Below the pieces are notes generated by a model. That model saw only the letters and a list, made by a program, of their open reading frames with translations. It was not told the origin of the DNA and ran no database searches. A program made the position numbers and the translations under genes. A DNA stretch of 51,318 nucleotides from Actinomycetota bacterium. GTDB lineage: Bacteria; Actinomycetota; Actinomycetes; Nanopelagicales; Nanopelagicaceae. Below are positions 29,713-39,647 of this stretch, piece after piece. Positions within the stretch are counted from its first letter, which is position 1, and every line of letters begins with the position of its first letter. The stretch covers positions 1-51,318 of the forward strand of contig JAPLBL010000033.1 of the NCBI GenBank assembly GCA_026392765.1, written 5' to 3'.

Positions 29713-31548
29713 ATGAGCGGTCGCATTAGGGCAGATGACATTGTTTATGTGCGCGAACATGCACATATCGATGAGGTAGTCACTGCTGCAGGTGTTGCAC
29801 TCAAAAATGCTGGTGGAGGACAGAAGAAAGGCCTATGTCCTTTCCATGATGAGAAGTCGCCTTCCTTCCACGTCACACCATCAAAGAATTACTACCACTG
29901 CTTTGGTTGTGGTGTGGGCGGTGATGTCATCGACTTTATGATGAAGACAGATCACCTTTCCTTCACTGAGACCATCGAACGCCTTGCATCTCAAATTGGT
30001 TACACGCTTCGCTATGAAGAAGGCGGGCCAGCACAACCCACATCACAGCGCTCACGTCTCTATGCCGCACACGTTGCAGCTGCAAAGTTTTATCAGGAGC
30101 TACTGAACTCATCTCCTGATGCAGCCCATGCTCGTGATCTTCTGACCAGACGAGGATTTGATAAGGCTGCGTGTGATTCTTTCGGCGTTGGCTATGCACC
30201 TAATGGGTGGGATGGTCTTACAAAACATCTGCGTGCAGCAGGATTTACGATTGAAGAGTTAGAAGAGGCAGGAATTTCAAAGATGGGTGAACGTGGACCC
30301 ATTGATAAGTTCCGCAATCGCATTATGTGGCCGATTAAAGATATTTCAGGAGACATCGTTGGTTTTGGTGCTCGCAAGTTAGCAAGTGATGAAGAAGATC
30401 CGGGACCTAAGTATCTCAATACCTCTGAGACTCCTATCTATAAGAAGTCACAAGTGCTCTATGGCCTTGATATGGCAAAGAAAGATATTGCTAAAAATCG
30501 TCAGGTAGTAGTCGTTGAGGGCTATACCGATGTGATGGCATGTCATTTAGCCGGCATTACAACAGCAGTTGCCACATGTGGCACAGCATTTGGAGATGAT
30601 CACATCCGTATTATTCGCCGCTTACTCATGGATGCCGATACTTTCCGCGGTGAAGTAATCTTCACATTCGATGGCGATGCTGCAGGACAGAAAGCTGCGA
30701 TCAAAGCCTTTGGCGATGATCAGAAGTTTGTCACACAAACATTTGTAGCCGTTGAGCCCGATGGCCTAGATCCATGCGATCTGCGTCAACATAAGGGAGA
30801 TCTTGCTCTGCGTGATCTGATTGCAAAGAGAGTTCCACTCTTTGAATTTGCTATTCGCACAGAGCTTAAAAAACATGACCTGACAACAGCAGAAGGTCGC
30901 GTGAATGCGCTCAATACCGCGGCTCCCTTAGTTGCCGCCATCCGCGATAAATCACTGCGACCTGAATACATCAAATCTTTATCGGGCTGGCTTGGAACAG
31001 AGACTGAAGTGGTGAATGCAGCTGTCAATACTGCGCTGAAGAAAGTCACCACAAGTGCGGCACCGGTTGACGTGCCGACTTCTGATACTGCATGGCGTCC
31101 TAATCCCAATGAACTAACCTTGATACTTGAGCGTGAAGTATTAAAAGCAAAGCTGCAGATGCCTGGACTTGTCCTTGATTGGAAGACTATTGAAGAGGAT
31201 GCATTTACTCATCCTGCTTATCGTGAACTTCGCCGCATCATTGATTCATTTGGAACAGAACCTGTTCTTCTTGAAAATGTGAGCGATGAGAGAATGCGTC
31301 AGCTCTTTACAGAGCTCTCTGTTGAACCCGTGCGCACAGATGGCGCACTCTCTGATAAATATGTTGCAAGTATTGTTGCTCGACTTCGCGAAGTACTTGT
31401 CAGTCGCAAGATTGCAGATCTCAAATCGAGTTTGCAGCGCTTAAATCCCGTTGAAAACCAAGAGCAATACAACGGTGCATTTGCTGATTTGGTAGCCCTT
31501 GAAACCCAGAAACGTGGGCTTCATGAACTATCGATTGGTTCGCTCTAA
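29713..31548 (+). CDS. dnaG: DNA primase
   Basis: Zinc domain CPFHDEKSPSF...CFGC, PKYLNTSET, Toprim VVEGYTDV, FDGDAAG. Confidence 0.97.
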   Translation: MSGRIRADDIVYVREHAHIDEVVTAAGVALKNAGGGQKKGLCPFHDEKSPSFHVTPSKNYYHCFGCGVGGDVIDFMMKTDHLSFTETIERLASQIGYTLRYEEGGPAQPTSQRSRLYAAHVAAAKFYQELLNSSPDAAHARDLLTRRGFDKAACDSFGVGYAPNGWDGLTKHLRAAGFTIEELEEAGISKMGERGPIDKFRNRIMWPIKDISGDIVGFGARKLASDEEDPGPKYLNTSETPIYKKSQVLYGLDMAKKDIAKNRQVVVVEGYTDVMACHLAGITTAVATCGTAFGDDHIRIIRRLLMDADTFRGEVIFTFDGDAAGQKAAIKAFGDDQKFVTQTFVAVEPDGLDPCDLRQHKGDLALRDLIAKRVPLFEFAIRTELKKHDLTTAEGRVNALNTAAPLVAAIRDKSLRPEYIKSLSGWLGTETEVVNAAVNTALKKVTTSAAPVDVPTSDTAWRPNPNELTLILEREVLKAKLQMPGLVLDWKTIEEDAFTHPAYRELRRIIDSFGTEPVLLENVSDERMRQLFTELSVEPVRTDGALSDKYVASIVARLREVLVSRKIADLKSSLQRLNPVENQEQYNGAFADLVALETQKRGLHELSIGSL

Positions 31549-31613
31549 CGTCGCGTATTTCTCCCTCATTTTGGCAGGGGTTAGACCCTGCGGTAGAGTT
31601 GCGCCCGTTACAT

Positions 31614-31688
31614 TCCCTGATAGCTCAACGGCAGAGCAGTCGACTGTTAATCGACAGGTTCTTGGTTCGAATCCAAGTCAGGGAGCCA
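31614..31688 (+). tRNA. tRNA-Asn (GTT)
   Basis: Acceptor stem TCCCTGA/TCAGGGA, anticodon arm GTCGA-CTGTTAA-TCGAC, T-loop TTCGAAT, encoded CCA. Confidence 0.96.
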
Positions 31689-31719
31689 CAGTTATATCTT
31701 CATCTGGCTCACCGAGCGT

Positions 31720-31737
31720 CTTCATGAGATTCTCAGG
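31720..31737 (+). promoter_or_regulatory. MprA-like direct-repeat box upstream of the DoxX-Rieske gene
   Basis: CTTCAT-n5-TCTCAG(G); TCTCAG begins 16 nt before the -10 TAACCT. Confidence 0.45.
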
Positions 31738-31758
31738 TATGGGATTTAACCTCACCAC

Positions 31759-32661
31759 ATGAATTCACTTCAAAGCATCTCCCGTAGCGCCGTTACTTCT
31801 TGGCGCTCACAATCTAATGCCCTTCGCATCATGCGCCTCTTCCTTGGCATTACGTGGATATACGCGGGCTGGGATAAGGCAAGTGATCCAGGATTTCTCA
31901 CACAAGGTGCACCTACATATATAGGAACGCAACTGGCGGCATTTGCGCAGAGCTCACCTATTGGATTTCTGCTCAACCATACGATTGAACACGCTGCGTT
32001 AGTCGGTGCCTTCGTTATGGTTTCAGAGTTCGCAATTGGATTTGCGACGCTACTATCCGTTGCACCCAATAGCGCAGCTTTTGGTGGCTTTGCCATGGCA
32101 ACAGGGCTCTGGCTCTCCAGTTCTTTCCACACAACTCCATACTTCTTAGCAAGTGATAGCGCCTACGCAATATTGTGGCTGGCATATCTTCTACTACTGA
32201 TTGGAAATCGTCGTATGCCATCTTTTAATATCGAACGCCGTGGTGTTATTCGCGCAGGCGTTGTCGCATCAATTGCCGTTCTTGGATCCGCTGCAGGTCG
32301 AGCATTTCCCAAGGCAAGTGCTGCATCAACTTCTGCAAAGTCAACATCAAAGGCATCCGGAAAGCAGATTATTAAGTTAGCTGATCTCAAAGTTGGTGGG
32401 ACTTATAACTTCACACACTCATCACAAGGTGTTCCTGCAGTTCTCTTTCGCACCAAAACTGGCGTCTTTGCATACTCTGCAATCTGCACACACCAAGGGT
32501 GCACCGTCTCTTATAACTCAACATCAAAGCGTTTAAAGTGCCCGTGCCATGGAGCAGAGTTTGATCCAGCAAATGGTGCAAAAGCTGTTGCAGGTCCAAC
32601 ACAGACTCCTCTTGCAAAGGTGAAGGTCGCTGTGAGCGGAGCTTGGGTCGTAGAAGCGTAA
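31759..32661 (+). CDS. DoxX/DoxD membrane domain fused to a Rieske [2Fe-2S] domain
   Basis: RLFLGITWIYAGWDK and E..IG DoxX motifs; internal IERRGVI followed by a hydrophobic helix; CTHQGC and CPCHG Rieske boxes. Confidence 0.88.
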   Translation: MNSLQSISRSAVTSWRSQSNALRIMRLFLGITWIYAGWDKASDPGFLTQGAPTYIGTQLAAFAQSSPIGFLLNHTIEHAALVGAFVMVSEFAIGFATLLSVAPNSAAFGGFAMATGLWLSSSFHTTPYFLASDSAYAILWLAYLLLLIGNRRMPSFNIERRGVIRAGVVASIAVLGSAAGRAFPKASAASTSAKSTSKASGKQIIKLADLKVGGTYNFTHSSQGVPAVLFRTKTGVFAYSAICTHQGCTVSYNSTSKRLKCPCHGAEFDPANGAKAVAGPTQTPLAKVKVAVSGAWVVEA

Positions 32662-32677
32662 GTATTTCCACAATCTA

Positions 32678-32695
32678 TAACAGGAAACTCTCAGG
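32678..32695 (+). promoter_or_regulatory. MprA-like direct-repeat box upstream of the htrA-like gene
   Basis: TAACAG-gaaac-TCTCAG(G), 11-nt period; TCTCAG begins 16 nt before the -10 CAGGAT. Confidence 0.5.
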
Positions 32696-32717
32696 AATTA
32701 GAGGCAGGATTGTAGCC

Positions 32718-33833
32718 ATGAGAAACGTCAAAATAAACGTCAAGGTAGTTGCTGCATTTATTGCAGGAGCAGCACTCGCAGGTTCGATTGCAACTGCTGC
32801 AACAACTCAATCAAGTGGTTCCATCAAGGCGTGTGCTGATAATCGGACTCAGGCGCTCTTCCTTTCAACGACAGGCACCTGTGCATCAAGTCGCACACTT
32901 GTTGAAATCGGTGGCAGTGGAATGAACACCAAAGCTATTTCATCCCTTGTGACCCCATCGGTTGTTTCAATTTCTGTGACTACTTCTAGTGGGGGCGGAT
33001 CGGGATCGGGTTCTGTCTATAAGAGCAACTCGACCTCGAGCTTTATCATCACCAATAACCACGTGGTAAATACCTCTGGTGCTGCAGCAACAATTAAGGT
33101 GGAGCTCTCCAACGGAGATCAATACCCAGCAAAGATTGTTGGAAAAGATCCCGGTTATGACATTGCTGTACTTCAAATTGAGATGGGCAACTTGCCGGCT
33201 GTGACACTTGGGGACTCAAGCAAGGTCAGCGTTGGAGATCCTGTTCTTGCAATCGGTTCACCTCTTGGCCTTGCAAGTACTGTCACAAGCGGAATTATCT
33301 CTGCGCTCAATCGCCCGGTTTCAACGGGAACTGGTGATGCGCAGTCATATGTCAATGCAATTCAGACCGATGCTGCAATTAACCCGGGTAACTCAGGCGG
33401 CGCACTGATTGATTCACAAGGACGCATCATTGGAGTGAACTCAGCTATTGCAACTCTTTCCAGCGGATCTGCAAGTGGATCTATTGGACTTGGCTTCTCC
33501 ATTCCCATCAATGAGGCAAAGCGCGTCATTGATGAAATCATTGCAACCGGAAAATCAACTCGTCCTGTTCTTGGTGTCTACTTTGATCCCACATACACAG
33601 CAGGTGGGGCAAAGATTTCTCGTCTGAGCGCCAATGAAGGTGCAGAGAAAGCTGGCATTCCAGTGGGAGCAATTATTCGAAGCATCGATGGATTTAAGAT
33701 TGTTGATACAGATACAGCGATCGTTCGCATCCGTTCCTATAAACCAGGTGCGGTTGTCACGATTGTGGCCGACCTACCGACAGGTGGAAGTGAGACATTT
33801 AAAGTCACTTTAGGCTCAGCTCCATCGATCTAA
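32718..33833 (+). CDS. HtrA/PepD-like S1C serine protease with PDZ domain
   Basis: Signal or anchor helix, TNNHVV, DIAVL, IQTDAAINPGNSGG, C-terminal PDZ. Confidence 0.92.
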   Translation: MRNVKINVKVVAAFIAGAALAGSIATAATTQSSGSIKACADNRTQALFLSTTGTCASSRTLVEIGGSGMNTKAISSLVTPSVVSISVTTSSGGGSGSGSVYKSNSTSSFIITNNHVVNTSGAAATIKVELSNGDQYPAKIVGKDPGYDIAVLQIEMGNLPAVTLGDSSKVSVGDPVLAIGSPLGLASTVTSGIISALNRPVSTGTGDAQSYVNAIQTDAAINPGNSGGALIDSQGRIIGVNSAIATLSSGSASGSIGLGFSIPINEAKRVIDEIIATGKSTRPVLGVYFDPTYTAGGAKISRLSANEGAEKAGIPVGAIIRSIDGFKIVDTDTAIVRIRSYKPGAVVTIVADLPTGGSETFKVTLGSAPSI

Positions 33834-33849
33834 ATCTTCCTTAAGAAAT

Positions 33850-33884
33850 ATACCCGTTACCTAAAGTTCATAGGTAGCGGGTAT
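33850..33884 (+). terminator. hairpin terminator after the htrA-like gene
   Basis: ATACCCGTTACCTA-aagttca-TAGGTAGCGGGTAT followed by CTTTCTT. Confidence 0.7.
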
Positions 33885-33893
33885 CTTTCTTCC

Positions 33894-34136
33894 ATGGCTC
33901 TCTTTACTTTGCAGGTTTCTCTTCCTGATCGCCCTGGATCACTGGGCATGCTCGCATCTGCAATCGGTAGTGCAGGTGCTGATATTCGTGGCGTTCAGGT
34001 ACTTAAAAGTGAAGGCGGAACTGGCTATGACGAGATTACCGTCGCTGTTCCTGGAACAGATCCCTCTGATTTGGTAGAAATACTTAACTCCATCGGCGGC
34101 GTTGAAGTTCTCTCGATTGAGCCAGCAACCAACTAA
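33894..34136 (+). CDS. stand-alone ACT domain protein
   Basis: LPDRPGSLGMLASAIGSAGADI ACT signature; 80 aa. Confidence 0.85.
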   Translation: MALFTLQVSLPDRPGSLGMLASAIGSAGADIRGVQVLKSEGGTGYDEITVAVPGTDPSDLVEILNSIGGVEVLSIEPATN

Positions 34137-34138
34137 AG

Positions 34139-35275
34139 CTAGTTGATAAGGCTTGCACTAGCTCCCGCACTCGGTAGTGATGTAAAAAAGCGTGGCTTCT
34201 TAAATCCCTTAGCTTCAAATGCTGCTAGAACTGCATCTTTAGTCTTCTGAACATCACTTGCTTTAATCAGTGCGATTGCACTTCCACCAAAGCCGCCACC
34301 GACCATACGTGAGCCCATCGCACCTGCTGCAAGGGATGCATCCACTGCAACATCAAGCTCAGGGCATGAAACTGCGTAATCATCACGCAGTGATGCGTGA
34401 GATGCATTAATCAGTTGTCCAAGCGTTGCAAAATCAGAGGCACGAAGTGCTGTGACCGCCTCAAGGACGCGAGCAATTTCAGTAACGGCATGGCGAGCTC
34501 GGATGAATTCAGTGGCAGTTAACTTCTCACGGTGAGCCTCTAGGACTTCAAGGGTGAGATGGCGCATCGATGGAATGCCTAATTTACTAGCAACAGATTC
34601 ACAGGCAGCGCGTCGCTCTGCGTATCCTCCATCGACGAGTGCATGGTGGGCTTGGGTATCAATGATGAGAAGTTCAAGTCCAGCAGATGCAACATCGAAA
34701 GGAATACTTTCTGTCGTGAGGTCGCGACAATCAAGTAAGAGCGCGCTACCAGCTTGGCCCATGAGTGATACCGATTGATCCATGATGCCGCAGGGCATTC
34801 CCACGTAATCATTTTCTGCCTTCTGTGTGGCCCGTGCTAAATCTTGCTTACTCTTCTCAAGTGAGAAAAGCGTATTGAGTCCCACCGCTACAGAACATTC
34901 CAGCGCTGCAGATGAAGATAGTCCAGCACCTGATGGAACGCTTCCATCGACCAAGATATCTACGCCTGTTGTAATTCCTAGGCTCCAGAGAACTCCGAGA
35001 ACATATTTCTCCCAGTCACCTTTGCTGCCAGGTTTCACATCACTGATATCGATAGAGAAAATCTTCTCTTTACGTTGATGCGATGCGATACGCACTAATC
35101 CATCTGGGCGAGCCGCGATTGCTGCATAGGCACGATCTGCGATGGCGAAGGGCAGTACAAAACCTTCGCTGTAATCAATATGTTCACCAATGAGGTTGAC
35201 GCGACCTGGAGCTTCTGCGAATACTTCTGGTTTACGACCATAGAGCTCTTCAAAGCTACGTGCAATTGATGCCAT
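34139..35275 (-). CDS. galK: galactokinase
   Basis: APGRVNLIGEHIDY, PSGAGLSSSAA, CGIMDQ, RMVGGGFGG. Confidence 0.96.
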   Translation of the reverse strand: MASIARSFEELYGRKPEVFAEAPGRVNLIGEHIDYSEGFVLPFAIADRAYAAIAARPDGLVRIASHQRKEKIFSIDISDVKPGSKGDWEKYVLGVLWSLGITTGVDILVDGSVPSGAGLSSSAALECSVAVGLNTLFSLEKSKQDLARATQKAENDYVGMPCGIMDQSVSLMGQAGSALLLDCRDLTTESIPFDVASAGLELLIIDTQAHHALVDGGYAERRAACESVASKLGIPSMRHLTLEVLEAHREKLTATEFIRARHAVTEIARVLEAVTALRASDFATLGQLINASHASLRDDYAVSCPELDVAVDASLAAGAMGSRMVGGGFGGSAIALIKASDVQKTKDAVLAAFEAKGFKKPRFFTSLPSAGASASLIN

Positions 35276-35278
35276 TGC

Positions 35279-36391
35279 TTAGAGCTTTACATCTTTTAAC
35301 TGTTGCGCAGATTGCTCAGGCTTCATATCCATGATGAATGCGCCCATTGCAGACTCTGAACCAGCGAGATACTTAAGTTTTCCTGGAGCGCGGCGCACGC
35401 TCGTAATCTGCCAATGCAGGCGAAGAAGGTCGCGGCCTTCGCGCACAGGTGCTTGATGCCATGCAGCGATATAGGCCATCTCGATTCCAAATACTCCATC
35501 AAGGCGCTGCATCACTTCAATGGCAATGGATGGGAATGAATCACATGCAGCAGGTGCTAATTCGGTGAGGTCTGCAACGGGCTGCAATGGAACAACATGA
35601 ATTTCAAATGGATAGCGTGATGCATAAGGTGTGTAGGCAACCCAATGTTCATTGCGAGCGATGATGCGCACGCCATCGCGGAGTTCGCGAGCAAGGACAT
35701 CATCGAATAAGACGCGTCCTGTCTTTGTGTGATGCTCGCGAGCAACATCGAGCATCTTGCTCACACGGGGTGGAAGGTATGAATAGGCATAGATCTGGCC
35801 GTGTGGGTGAGCAAGCGTCACGCCAATTTCTTCACCACGGTTTTCAAAAGGTGCGATGTGAGAGATGAATGGCAATTTCGAGAGATCTGCTGTGCGATCG
35901 CGCCATGCTTCAAGAAGTGTGCGCACACGTTGTGGAGAAAGTGATTTAAATGCGCCACCGTGATCTGCAGTAAAGCAGATGACTTCACATTTACCAGCAG
36001 CTGCGCCTTCATCAGTATCTGAGCCGACCATATCCGGTAGAGCAAAATCTCCATCAGGTGGGCGAAGTGAAGGTGAGCGGTTATCAAAGACAACTACTTC
36101 AAAATCATTTTCAGGAATTTCAGTAAGGAGATCTCCCGTTGTTGGGCACAGTGGGCAGAGCTCTTTTGGCGGCAAGAAGATGCGTCCTTGGCGATGAGCT
36201 GCCATGGCAACCCATTCATTGACCAGTGGATCAAGGCGAAGTTCACCGATTCCTGGTTGCTCTTCTTGCGGGCGTTGATCTGCAACGGTGCGGGTTTGTC
36301 CTGCGGTGTCGTAATAGCGAATGGTTCGGCCATCGTTCATGGTGCGGCTTGTGCGCACAACGCCAGCGGAAAGTTCGACTATCTCATCCAT
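35279..36391 (-). CDS. galT: galactose-1-phosphate uridylyltransferase
   Basis: CPLCP, FENRGEEIGVTLAHPHGQIY (HPH active site), LKYLAGSE. Confidence 0.95.
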   Translation of the reverse strand: MDEIVELSAGVVRTSRTMNDGRTIRYYDTAGQTRTVADQRPQEEQPGIGELRLDPLVNEWVAMAAHRQGRIFLPPKELCPLCPTTGDLLTEIPENDFEVVVFDNRSPSLRPPDGDFALPDMVGSDTDEGAAAGKCEVICFTADHGGAFKSLSPQRVRTLLEAWRDRTADLSKLPFISHIAPFENRGEEIGVTLAHPHGQIYAYSYLPPRVSKMLDVAREHHTKTGRVLFDDVLARELRDGVRIIARNEHWVAYTPYASRYPFEIHVVPLQPVADLTELAPAACDSFPSIAIEVMQRLDGVFGIEMAYIAAWHQAPVREGRDLLRLHWQITSVRRAPGKLKYLAGSESAMGAFIMDMKPEQSAQQLKDVKL

Positions 36392-36428
36392 GATGAACGT
36401 ACTCTACCGTGCGGCTAGCTATATATCG

Positions 36429-37925
36429 CTAGGCCCAGTTGAGTGTGCGTTCAATCGCTTTCTTCCATCCGGCATAACCCGATGCGCGATCTTCAACGCT
36501 AGTCGTTGCGCTCCAGCGACGAGATTGTTTCCACTGCTTTTTGAGTTCATCTGTGTTCTTCCAGAATCCAACTGCTAACCCGGCAGCATATGCAGCACCG
36601 AGCGCTGTGGTCTCAGTAATCAAAGGACGAGTGATATCGATTCCCATGATGTCAGCCTGCATCTGCATACAGAGTGAGTTTGCAGTAATACCACCATCCA
36701 CTCGCATCTCAGTCATGGGAACACCGCTATCTGCAACCATCGCATCCATGACATCGCGTGTTTGATAGCAGATTGCTTCAAGGGCAGCTCGCGTAAGATG
36801 TGCTTTGGTGGCAGCACGCGTGAGACCCACGATGACTCCTCGAGCATCAGTACGCCAATATGGTGCAAATAGTCCGGAGAATGCAGGAACAAAATAAACA
36901 CCTGCTGTGTCAGTAACTGATGAAGCAAGTGCTTCAGTCTCGGCAGCGTTTGAAATGATTCCTAGTTGATCGCGCAGCCATTGAATAGCAGAGCCGGTAA
37001 CAGCAACTGAACCTTCCAGCGCATACATCGCAGGTTGATCACCGAATTTGTAACAGACGGTCGAGAGAAGACCGTTATTCGAGCGGACTATCTCTGTTCC
37101 AGTATTGAGAAGTGCGAAGTTACCTGTTCCATATGTTGTCTTTGATTCACCGCGCTCAAAGCAGACCTGGCCAACCATTGCTGCATGTTGGTCCCCAAGA
37201 ATTCCTGCAATAGGAACTGCCGAGCCGAGAGGTCCATGGGGATTAGTCATCGCATAAATCTCTGATGAAGATTTGATTTCAGGTAGAACGGCGCGAGGGA
37301 TATCGAAGTAACCAAGTAGTTCATCATCCCATTGCAGAGTTTCAAGGTTCATCAGCAATGTTCGGCTTGCATTGGTCACATCAGTGAAGTGCACACCACC
37401 TTGCACCCCGCCAGATAAGTTCCAGAGAAGCCATGAATCCACAGTTCCAAAACGTGCTGTGCCAGATGCAATTGCGCTCTTGACCTCTGCAGAATTTTCA
37501 ATTAGCCAATGCATTTTGCTACCGGCAAAGTAAGGTGCAATCGGTAGCCCTGATTTATGGGTAATTGCCTTCGAAATTTCGGGGGAGAAGGTAGATAAAT
37601 ATTCAGCAGTACGGGTGTCCTGCCAGACGATGGCGTTATGAAGTGGGCGACCTGAGGTGACATCCCATGCAACAGTTGTTTCACGCTGATTAGTGATTCC
37701 AATAGCAGCTAGATCTGAGCCCAAGATATCTGCTTGCTTCAGAGCTGCAGCAATAACTTCCTTGGTTCGATCCCAAATTTCAGCGGCATCATGTTCAACC
37801 CACCCTGCGTGGGGAAGAATTTGACGGTGTTCTAATTGATGCTGGCCAACAACTTTTCCATCACCATCGAAAATCATGAAACGGGTGCTACTGGTTCCCT
37901 GGTCCAAACTTGCGATGTATGCCAT
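36429..37925 (-). CDS. glpK: glycerol kinase
   Basis: [44 protein letters not shown]. Confidence 0.97.
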   Translation of the reverse strand: MAYIASLDQGTSSTRFMIFDGDGKVVGQHQLEHRQILPHAGWVEHDAAEIWDRTKEVIAAALKQADILGSDLAAIGITNQRETTVAWDVTSGRPLHNAIVWQDTRTAEYLSTFSPEISKAITHKSGLPIAPYFAGSKMHWLIENSAEVKSAIASGTARFGTVDSWLLWNLSGGVQGGVHFTDVTNASRTLLMNLETLQWDDELLGYFDIPRAVLPEIKSSSEIYAMTNPHGPLGSAVPIAGILGDQHAAMVGQVCFERGESKTTYGTGNFALLNTGTEIVRSNNGLLSTVCYKFGDQPAMYALEGSVAVTGSAIQWLRDQLGIISNAAETEALASSVTDTAGVYFVPAFSGLFAPYWRTDARGVIVGLTRAATKAHLTRAALEAICYQTRDVMDAMVADSGVPMTEMRVDGGITANSLCMQMQADIMGIDITRPLITETTALGAAYAAGLAVGFWKNTDELKKQWKQSRRWSATTSVEDRASGYAGWKKAIERTLNWA

Positions 37926-37991
37926 ATAGTTAAGACTACTAAAGACCGTTAAAACTACTCAAGCACACAGGAATTGGTAGCCCTCCACAAG

Positions 37992-39647
37992 ATGTTTACT
38001 TCACAGCTCAATCCACTGCAACGCCAGAAGGCTCTTACCTCCCTGGCCAGTGAAGAGTTCGACATCCTCATTATCGGTGGTGGAGTAAATGGAGTAGGCG
38101 CAGCCCTCGATGCTGTTTCTCGTGGATTAAAGGTCGCCCTCGTTGAAGCCCATGATTATGCAGCCGGAACTTCAAGTCGATCCAGCAAACTTATTCATGG
38201 TGGCCTTCGATACCTTGAGCAGTATGATTTCAAATTAGTTCGCGAGGCTCTGCATGAGCGCGAACTCATGGTTTCAACACAATGTCCGCACTTAGTAAAG
38301 CCGGTCAGTTTTCTCTATCCATTGACGGAAAAAGTAAAAGAGCGCACATATGTAGGTGCAGGACTTGCTCTCTATGACGCACTACGTGGATTTAAGCGCG
38401 CACTTCCATCTCACAAACATTTAACGGGTAAGACAATTGCAAATATCTCACCATCACTGAGACAAGACATAATTACGGGTGCCATCCGTTACTTCGATGC
38501 ACAGGTTGACGATGCTCGCCACACCATGATGATTGCTCGCACAGCAGCTCGTCATGGCGCAGTCATGGCAACAGGTGTGCGCGTTGATGACCTGACTCGC
38601 TCTGGCAAGAAAGTAACAGGCGTTGTTGCAATCGATACTGCAACTAATAAGAAATTCACCATCTCTGCAAAGGCAACGATCATGTGTGCTGGCGTTTGGA
38701 GCGATGAACTCCACGAGAAGTTTGGTCTCACACCTGGTTATTCAGTAGCAATGTCTAAGGGTGTTCATATCGTTGTTCCAGGAGATGCGATCCGTTCCAA
38801 GGATGGAATTATTCTGAAGACTGCAGTCTCTGTCCTCTTCCTAATTCCATGGGGCGATAAGTGGATTGTTGGAACGACAGATACCCCTTATGAAGGAGAT
38901 CGCTCTAAGCCACTTGCCACACAAGAAGATGTGCAATACATCCTTGATCAAGCAAACCGGGTGCTGGATCCGAAACTTAAAGCTGAAGACATTATCGGAG
39001 TATTTGCTGGCCTTCGCCCATTGGTTGCAAATAAAACTGGCTCTGCAACAACAAAACTTTCTCGCGAACACACTGTTGATCGCCCAGCCCCTGGATTTGT
39101 GAGTATGGCCGGCGGTAAATACACCACCTATCGCGTGATGGCTAAAGATGCAGTGGATCTTGCTGTGCTTGATCTTCGTCGATTAGTCAATGATTCAGTG
39201 ACAGAAAAACTTCCACTTATTGGTGCAGATGGCTACTTCGCACTTAAGCAACAGGTTGCAAAGATTGCAGAAGAGAATGCAATCTCTGAGGCAACGGTGA
39301 CGCACTTACTCGATCGCTATGGTTCACTGATTGAAGAGATTCTTGAACTCATCGCCGAAGATGCATCTCTTTCTGAACGAATCATCCCAGAGCTTCCATA
39401 TCTGAAGGCAGAAATTCTTCATGCTGTCACTCATGAAGGTGCACTCTCTGTCGAAGATGTCCTTCTTCGACGTACACGCATCTCATTTGAAGCCTTTGAT
39501 GGTGGCGCAGATGCAGCTAAGGAAGTGGCGAAGATTATTGGTGAAGCACTTGGATGGGGTGCGAAAGAACGCAGCGCTTCAGTCAGTGCATTCCTTGCTG
39601 TGATGGAGAAGGAAGAAGAAGCTCTCGTAGAGCTAGTTAATTCTTAA
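37992..39647 (+). CDS. glpD: FAD-dependent glycerol-3-phosphate dehydrogenase/oxidase
   Basis: IIGGGVNG, GTSSRSSKLIHGGLRYL, GTTD, AGLRPL, GGKYTTYR. Confidence 0.95.
   Translation: MFTSQLNPLQRQKALTSLASEEFDILIIGGGVNGVGAALDAVSRGLKVALVEAHDYAAGTSSRSSKLIHGGLRYLEQYDFKLVREALHERELMVSTQCPHLVKPVSFLYPLTEKVKERTYVGAGLALYDALRGFKRALPSHKHLTGKTIANISPSLRQDIITGAIRYFDAQVDDARHTMMIARTAARHGAVMATGVRVDDLTRSGKKVTGVVAIDTATNKKFTISAKATIMCAGVWSDELHEKFGLTPGYSVAMSKGVHIVVPGDAIRSKDGIILKTAVSVLFLIPWGDKWIVGTTDTPYEGDRSKPLATQEDVQYILDQANRVLDPKLKAEDIIGVFAGLRPLVANKTGSATTKLSREHTVDRPAPGFVSMAGGKYTTYRVMAKDAVDLAVLDLRRLVNDSVTEKLPLIGADGYFALKQQVAKIAEENAISEATVTHLLDRYGSLIEEILELIAEDASLSERIIPELPYLKAEILHAVTHEGALSVEDVLLRRTRISFEAFDGGADAAKEVAKIIGEALGWGAKERSASVSAFLAVMEKEEEALVELVNS

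Noticed and set aside
31499-31762. 87-aa ORF between dnaG and the DoxX-Rieske gene
   Set aside because: Spans tRNA-Asn; spurious.
31614-33833. Genomic island integrated at tRNA-Asn (also considered for the tRNA at 49594-49667)
   Set aside because: No integrase, no duplicated tRNA 3' end seen, and no evident compositional shift.
37930-37960. AAGACTACT/AAAACTACT repeat in the glpK-glpD spacer as an operator
   Set aside because: One copy overlaps the glpK -10 element; short, and there is no regulator nearby to support it.
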